Assembly: GCA_043811335.1 (NCBI GenBank)
Contig: JBDRNI010000040.1
Location: forward strand, 1-39,496
DNA from: Candidatus Omnitrophota bacterium
GTDB lineage: Bacteria > Omnitrophota > Gorgyraeia > Tantalellales > Tantalellaceae
Length of the DNA: 39,496 nt
Reading direction: 5' to 3'
Position numbers and translations under genes: made by a program. Position 1 is the stretch's first letter; each line of letters begins with the position of its first letter. Below, one piece after another: positions 32,009 to 37,681 of the stretch. The notes below the pieces were generated by a model. That model did not search any database. It was given only the letters and a program-made list of their open reading frames with translations, and had not been told where the DNA came from.

Positions 32009-34624
32009 ATGGGGTCAGCTCTTACGCCGATGATGCGGCAATATCTGGATATCAAGCAGCAGCATACCGATTCTATTCTTTTCTTCCGACTCGGCGATTT
32101 CTATGAGATGTTCTTTGATGATGCCGTCGAGGCCACGCGCATACTTCACATCACGCTTACTTCCAGAGGTAAAGATAAGGATAAAAAAGTGCCGATGTGC
32201 GGCATTCCTTATCACGCCGCAGACAACTACATCGCACGACTTATAAAACACGGAAAAAAAGTCGCTATTTGTGACCAAATGGAAGCGCCTGTCGCGGGCA
32301 AAAGCATTGTTCGCAGAGAGGTCACGCGGATAGTGACGCCGGGGACGGTTACGGCAGATACCCTTCTGGAAGGGGCGGTAAACAATTATATTCTTTCACT
32401 CAGCGTATCGGGCGCGAAATTCGGCATTGCGTACGCGGACATATCAACCGGCGAATTCTGCGTCATGGAGTTTGACAACAAAGAAGACCTTTTTGCTGAA
32501 CTCTATAAGATCTCACCTGCAGAATGTCTGGTTTCCGAAAGTTTCCACAAAAATAAAGATTTCCATGAATTTAACAAGGCAAACCTCGGCGTGGTGACCG
32601 TGAACGACGACTGGATGTTTGATCATGAATTGTCCCTGAAGGAGATTAAACGTCATTTCGCGGTGGAAAGTCTTGAAGGATTTGGATGCTCCGAATTGAA
32701 CGCCGCGGTGGAAGCCGCCGGCGCGCTTTTAAAATATCTGAAGAACACGCAGAAAAACCGCCTGGGGAATATAGACGTTATATCCACGCGCCGCGCCGAT
32801 CACTTCATGGCCATGGATCGGAATTCTCACCGCCACCTGGAACTTATACGGAACCAGGAGGACCTATCCGTCAGGGGGACGCTCTTTGAGGTTCTTGACG
32901 GGACAAAAACCCCGATGGGAAAAAGAAAACTTAAAGAATGGATATTGAACCCTCTTACAAGCGTTGATGAAATAAAGAACCGCTTGGACCTCGTGCAGTA
33001 TTTTTACGACAACACGTCCTGCCGCCGCAAAGCAAGAGAACTTCTCAATGACATGTATGATATAGAACGGCTTTCCGGCCGGGTAAATATGGGCATGGCC
33101 AACGCCAGAGACATGACGGCGCTTGGGGCCTCTCTCAAAAATGTCGGCCGGATGCGGACCGGTTTTTCCGGAAAAATACCGCCGGGGCTGCAGGACATTA
33201 TAACGGATCTGGATGATTTCAGCGATGTGATAAAATGGATAGACGACTGTCTCGTGGTATCGCCCCCGGCGACTTTGCATGAGGGCGGGCTGATTAAAGA
33301 GGGGTATTCTCCGGAGATTGACGAGTTGAGACGTTTGGTGGATGGAGGAAAGGACTGGGTCGCGGATCTTCAAAAAAGTGAGATCAAGCGGACGGGGATA
33401 AACTCTCTCAAGGTAGGGTTTAACAGTGTGTTCGGGTATTATATTGAAGTTACCAGGGCCAATCTGGACGCCGTTCCGTCCGATTATGTGCGCAAGCAGA
33501 CCCTCGTGAACGCGGAACGGTTTATCACTCAGGCGCTGAAAGAGCAGGAATCAAAGATAATAGGGGCCTCCGAGCGCGCGAGGGTCATGGAATATGAAGT
33601 GTTCTCTTGCCTGCGTGACAAGGTAGGGACCGAGATTGAACGATTAAAAAGAACGGCCCGCCGCGTTGCCGAAACAGATGTTCTTTCAAATCTCGCGGAA
33701 AGCGCCGTCGTGAACCGTTACTGTCGTCCGGAGATGAATACCGGCAGCGGCATGAGCGTTGTTGAGGGTCGTCATCCCGTTCTTGAAAAAATACTGAAAG
33801 ACAAGGCGTTCGTGCCGAATGATCTTTCCATGAACAACGATGACAAAAGGGTTTTCATAATAACCGGATCTAACATGGCGGGCAAATCCACATTCATACG
33901 GCAGATGGCGCTTATTATCATAATGGCCCAGATGGGGAGTTTTGTTCCGGCCTCTTCCGCGGAAATCGGGATAGTGGACAGGATCTTCACGCGTGTCGGC
34001 GCTTCGGACAGATTATATCACGGCATGAGCACGTTCATGGTGGAGATGCTGGAGACGGCTAACATACTTAACAATGCTGCCGGGAAAAGCCTTATTATCC
34101 TGGATGAGATCGGAAGGGGAACGAGCACATTTGACGGCGTAGCCATTGCGTGGGCGACGGTTGAATTCATACACGGGCATCTTCCGGGCGCAAAGGCGAT
34201 GTTCGCCACGCATTATCACGAACTCACGGAATTGGCGGATGTCATGCGCGGGGTTAAGAACTATCATCTTGCGATCAAGGAATGGTGTGATGAGATCATA
34301 TTTCTTTATAAGGTGACCGAGGGGAGCTGTGACGAAAGTTTCGGCATACACGTTGCGCGTCTGGCCGGCATGCCCAGGGCCGTGATCACGCGAGCGCGTG
34401 AGATCCTGGATAATCTGCAGAAGGATTCTACCACGGGCAATATCCGCATGCGTTTTTCAAAAAAGAAAAAAACACAAAATGACCAACTAAATTTTTTCAA
34501 CGCCGAACAAAAAGAACACCCTGTTATCGGGAAGATCAAAGGGCTGGACACTGACAGTCTGACGCCACTTGAGGCGTTGAAAAAACTGGCAGACCTTAAG
34601 CGCGAAGTTGGGGACGGAGATTAG
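32009..34624 (+). CDS. mutS: DNA mismatch repair protein MutS
   Basis: MGSALTPMMRQYLDIKQQH... Walker A GSNMAGKST. The ATG at 32009 follows GGAGAG. The track start at 31958 is an upstream TTG inside the hairpin. Confidence 0.95.
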   Translation: MGSALTPMMRQYLDIKQQHTDSILFFRLGDFYEMFFDDAVEATRILHITLTSRGKDKDKKVPMCGIPYHAADNYIARLIKHGKKVAICDQMEAPVAGKSIVRREVTRIVTPGTVTADTLLEGAVNNYILSLSVSGAKFGIAYADISTGEFCVMEFDNKEDLFAELYKISPAECLVSESFHKNKDFHEFNKANLGVVTVNDDWMFDHELSLKEIKRHFAVESLEGFGCSELNAAVEAAGALLKYLKNTQKNRLGNIDVISTRRADHFMAMDRNSHRHLELIRNQEDLSVRGTLFEVLDGTKTPMGKRKLKEWILNPLTSVDEIKNRLDLVQYFYDNTSCRRKARELLNDMYDIERLSGRVNMGMANARDMTALGASLKNVGRMRTGFSGKIPPGLQDIITDLDDFSDVIKWIDDCLVVSPPATLHEGGLIKEGYSPEIDELRRLVDGGKDWVADLQKSEIKRTGINSLKVGFNSVFGYYIEVTRANLDAVPSDYVRKQTLVNAERFITQALKEQESKIIGASERARVMEYEVFSCLRDKVGTEIERLKRTARRVAETDVLSNLAESAVVNRYCRPEMNTGSGMSVVEGRHPVLEKILKDKAFVPNDLSMNNDDKRVFIITGSNMAGKSTFIRQMALIIIMAQMGSFVPASSAEIGIVDRIFTRVGASDRLYHGMSTFMVEMLETANILNNAAGKSLIILDEIGRGTSTFDGVAIAWATVEFIHGHLPGAKAMFATHYHELTELADVMRGVKNYHLAIKEWCDEIIFLYKVTEGSCDESFGIHVARLAGMPRAVITRAREILDNLQKDSTTGNIRMRFSKKKKTQNDQLNFFNAEQKEHPVIGKIKGLDTDSLTPLEALKKLADLKREVGDGD

Positions 34625-34840
34625 TGATCAGTGATCTGTAATCTGTGATCAGGCAGAAACGACGGGCGAAGTAATGTCAAATGACAAAGCACAAAATCCA
34701 AAATAAATCCAAAATCTCAAATTCAAATAATAAAACATTGGTTTTTCTGTTTTTGAATTTTGTTATTTGAGCTTATTTTGTGCTTTGAATTTTGTCATTT
34801 GGATTTTACAGTTCACTACTCACAGATCACTGTTCACTAC
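34623..34840. repeat. Family D element, copy D2, split by a family B insertion
   Basis: Left arm AGTGATC AGTGATC TGTAATC TGTGATC AG (34623-34652), then loop start GCAGAAACGAC (compare D1 CCAGAAACAAC). Right arm CAGTTCAC TACTCAC AGATCAC TGTTCAC (34809-34840). Confidence 0.8.
34676..34807. repeat. Family B element, copy B3, inverted relative to B2 and lying inside the D2 loop
   Basis: GTCAAATGACAAAGCACAAAATCCAAAATAAATCCAAAATCTCAAATTC matches the reverse complement of the B2 right arm. The right end is TTATTTTGTGCTTTGAATTTTGTCATTTGG. Confidence 0.85.
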
Positions 34841-34854
34841 AATGGGAGCTAAAC

Positions 34855-36579
34855 ATGATAAGTATACTCAGTGACGCCGTTATCGGTAAAATTTCTGCTG
34901 GGGAAGTCGTGGAACGCCCGGCATCTGTCGTCAAAGAACTGGTGGAAAACGCGATTGACGCCGGCTCAAAGAGCATTGAGATAGAACTGAGCGCTGCGGG
35001 ACAGGACCTCATCAGGGTTGCGGATGACGGGGAGGGCATGACGCCGGAAGACGCGAAAATGGCATGCGGACGTTATGCCACGAGTAAATTGCGGAGTATT
35101 GATGATCTTGAGAAAATATCTACCCTGGGATTCAGGGGGGAAGCGCTTTCAAGTATAGCCGCCGTTTCACAGACGGAGGTCACGACCCGGACGGCGGCGG
35201 CCGGCTCAGGTGTATACGTTTATCTTGAGGGCGGCCAGATGTTGAAGACGCGCCCGGCGGCGCGCACGCCGGGAACGACGGTGGAGATCAGAAACCTTTT
35301 TTATAATGTTCCGGCTCGCCGGAAATTTCTGAAAAAAGGATCCACGGAGCTGGCCGCTATCGTGGATGTCGTCGGAAGATTTATCATAGGGCATCCGGAT
35401 ATTGAGTTCAGGTTAACGCAGGACGGAAGACGCCTTCTGGACGGCGCAAAAAACGCGGACATGAAAGAAAGAATACGGCTGGTGCTCGGCGGAGATATTT
35501 CCGACCACATGGTAGAAATAACGCATTCTTTTGAAGAATATGAGATCAGCGGATATGTGAGCAGTCCTTCGCATACCAGAAAAGACCGCCGCGCCCAGAT
35601 GTTTTTCGTCAACAAAAGATTTTTCAGGAGCAACGTCATCAATGACGCTGTTTATGGGGCTTATAGGAGCCTTCTGGAGAGAGGGCGATACCCTGCCGCC
35701 GTGCTTTTTCTGAAGGTTTCCCCGAGCGCGGTTGATGTAAACGTGCACCCGACGAAACTTCAGGTGAAATTTGACGATGATAAGACAGTAAGAAGCCTTG
35801 TTGTAGGGGCAATAAAAAATAAATTCAATGAGATTCGCAGAACGGTCCCCCAGGTTTTACCCTGCGGCCCGGAAGACGGCATTTTAGCGCCGGACGGCAT
35901 GTTTGCGGAAAACGACGAGGTCCAGAGCGAATTCGGGTATAACCTGCGGAAAGGCCCGTTTCAGATGAAAGGGATCGCTTCTTTTTCCCGGGATGAAGAC
36001 CGCTTTCTCGCAGAAGGGGCCGGTTTGTTCCAGATAGGCGCCTGTTACATCGTGCAATTGGCCCCGGATGGTATTACGATCACGGATCAGCATGCGGCGC
36101 ATGAGAGGGTGCTGTATGAATTTTTCACGAGGGCCACGGAGGAAAATCCGCCGGAGACGCAGAACCTTCTCTTCCCGGCGCGTATAGATCTTTCTGCCGG
36201 CGAAGCGGTCATCATGGAAAAAGTAATAGGGGATTTCAGAAATCTCGGTTTTCATATTGAACCGTTCGGAGGAAAAACATTTATAGCCCAGGCAGTGCCC
36301 GCCATCTTGAAGGATAGGGACATAACCACGGTCATACATGATATCCTTGCGGATCTGGCATCGCGCGACCTCGCGCGAATGAACCTTTCTGAGGAGCTTG
36401 TCAAGATGACGTCCTGCCGCGCGGCAATAAAATCCGGCGATGCAATGGAGAAAGAAGAGATGATCTCGCTCCTGGATCAGCTCAGCAGGTGTTCCCTCCC
36501 CTTCACCTGCCCCCACGGCCGCCCAACAACAACAACAATAACGATCGAAGAGTTGGAAAAACGCTTCCACCGAAAATAA
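34855..36579 (+). CDS. mutL: DNA mismatch repair protein MutL (endonuclease-type)
   Basis: MISILSDAVIGKISAGEVVERPASVVKELVENAIDAG is a GHKL ATPase. DQHAAHERVLYE (36085-36120) and CPHGRP motifs are present. The ATG at 34855 lies 6 nt after GGGAG. The track start at 34792 extends into the repeats. Confidence 0.94.
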   Translation: MISILSDAVIGKISAGEVVERPASVVKELVENAIDAGSKSIEIELSAAGQDLIRVADDGEGMTPEDAKMACGRYATSKLRSIDDLEKISTLGFRGEALSSIAAVSQTEVTTRTAAAGSGVYVYLEGGQMLKTRPAARTPGTTVEIRNLFYNVPARRKFLKKGSTELAAIVDVVGRFIIGHPDIEFRLTQDGRRLLDGAKNADMKERIRLVLGGDISDHMVEITHSFEEYEISGYVSSPSHTRKDRRAQMFFVNKRFFRSNVINDAVYGAYRSLLERGRYPAAVLFLKVSPSAVDVNVHPTKLQVKFDDDKTVRSLVVGAIKNKFNEIRRTVPQVLPCGPEDGILAPDGMFAENDEVQSEFGYNLRKGPFQMKGIASFSRDEDRFLAEGAGLFQIGACYIVQLAPDGITITDQHAAHERVLYEFFTRATEENPPETQNLLFPARIDLSAGEAVIMEKVIGDFRNLGFHIEPFGGKTFIAQAVPAILKDRDITTVIHDILADLASRDLARMNLSEELVKMTSCRAAIKSGDAMEKEEMISLLDQLSRCSLPFTCPHGRPTTTTITIEELEKRFHRK

Positions 36580-36580
36580 T

Positions 36581-36620
36581 GGGGGACATGTCATTTGGGG
36601 ACACCCCTCCCGCACAAAAA
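36581..36620. repeat. Family F, left copy of a perfect 40-bp inverted repeat flanking nth
   Basis: GGGGGACATGTCATTTGGGGACACCCCTCCCGCACAAAAA is the exact reverse complement of 37462..37501. Confidence 0.95.
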
Positions 36621-36661
36621 AACACCGTTTTTGAACATTTTCTTAAACAGGACAAACCATT

Positions 36662-37297
36662 ATGGACAAAAAAACAGCAAACAGAATATACAAGGCGCTT
36701 GAAGCGGAATATCCCGAAGTCACCACCGCGCTGAAACACGCGAACGCCCTGGAGATCCTCGTGGCGACGATATTATCCGCGCAGTGTACGGATAAACGCG
36801 TTAACATGGTCACGGAATACCTTTTTAAAAAGTATAAAAAAGTGGCGGATTACGCGGACGCGAAAAGATCAAAATTTGAAGAGGAAATAAGGTCAACAGG
36901 TTTTTACCGGAACAAGGCGAAAAACATCATCGCCGCCGCTAAAATGATCAGCCGCGATTTCGGCGGAAAAGTCCCCGACAACATGAACGACCTTGTGACT
37001 TTGCCCGGCGTGGCGCGTAAGACCGCGAATATAGTCCTCTTTCACGCCCACGGCAAAAACGAGGGTATAGCCGTAGATACCCACGTGCGCCGCCTCAGCG
37101 GCCGCCTGGGCCTTACAAAGCACACAGATCCGGTCAAGATAGAACGTGATCTCATGGCGCTTTTTAACAGGCGGAAATGGGGCGATCTGTCAAACCTTCT
37201 AATATCCCACGGCCGCAAGTTCTGCACAGCGCGCAAGCCCCGCTGCTCTGAATGCTTTCTCCACAAACTCTGCCCCCGCATTGGCATCAACACATAA
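36662..37297 (+). CDS. nth: endonuclease III (DNA glycosylase / AP lyase)
   Basis: HhH-GPD motif LVTLPGVARKTANIV and C-terminal 4Fe-4S cluster CTARKPRCSECFLHKLC. Confidence 0.93.
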   Translation: MDKKTANRIYKALEAEYPEVTTALKHANALEILVATILSAQCTDKRVNMVTEYLFKKYKKVADYADAKRSKFEEEIRSTGFYRNKAKNIIAAAKMISRDFGGKVPDNMNDLVTLPGVARKTANIVLFHAHGKNEGIAVDTHVRRLSGRLGLTKHTDPVKIERDLMALFNRRKWGDLSNLLISHGRKFCTARKPRCSECFLHKLCPRIGINT

Positions 37298-37334
37298 CCG
37301 TAGACATTAATTAACAAATTCTTCCAGCCCATTT

Positions 37335-37432
37335 TTCCGGCCCGGGACCGTTCCGGCCCGGGACCGGAAATAAAGGACCGGAAATAAAGGTGGGACCGTT
37401 CCGGTCGGACCGTTCCGGTCCCGGGCCGGAAG
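37335..37432. repeat. Family G: GC-rich compound direct and inverted repeat downstream of nth
   Basis: TTCCGGCCCGGGACCG x2 (37335-37366), GAAATAAAGG x2 (37367-37376, 37381-37390), GGACCGTTCCGGTC x2 (37393-37420). The outer 16-mer pairs perfectly with CGGTCCCGGGCCGGAA (37417-37432). Confidence 0.85.
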
Positions 37433-37461
37433 TTAGGGTAGAAACTGCTCAAAGCGGTGGA

Positions 37462-37501
37462 TTTTTGTGCGGGAGGGGTGTCCCCAAATGACATGTCCCC
37501 C
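37462..37501. repeat. Family F, right copy of the 40-bp inverted repeat
   Basis: TTTTTGTGCGGGAGGGGTGTCCCCAAATGACATGTCCCCC. Confidence 0.95.
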
Positions 37502-37681
37502 GCAAGCAAGCTTGCCAGTCAATTCTTCGTATTGTGCGTGGTTGACCTATTGGCTAGCTCCCATGTGTGTTAATGTCTAAAAAGGTGGTTATTTTATGGA
37601 CTTATGTGCTGGAATTTGTTAATATGTGTTTTAAGTTAGACTAATAAAATGGTAAATGTGAGTATCTTTGGAGGGGGAAAA

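Noticed and set aside
2895-34840. Possibility that the repeated intergenic sequences are CRISPR arrays
   Set aside because: There is no array of evenly spaced identical direct repeats with unique spacers. Copies are dispersed singly between genes, are internally palindromic, and occur in both orientations. No cas genes are present.
36489-36734. ORFs 36489..36734(+) and 37042..37509(-), which share the peptide GDMSFGDTPPAQK
   Set aside because: The shared peptide is simply the 40-bp inverted repeat read in the same relative frame on both strands. One ORF overlaps the mutL end and the other is antisense to nth. Neither has an SD.
37502-37681. Specific sigma70-type promoter call upstream of the 37682 ORF
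   Set aside because: The region is A/T-rich and probably holds the promoter. However, candidate -35/-10 pairs (for example TTGACC at 37542 with TAATGT at 37571, or TTGTTA at 37616 with TAATAA at 37642) have non-canonical 20-23-nt spacing, so no site could be supported.
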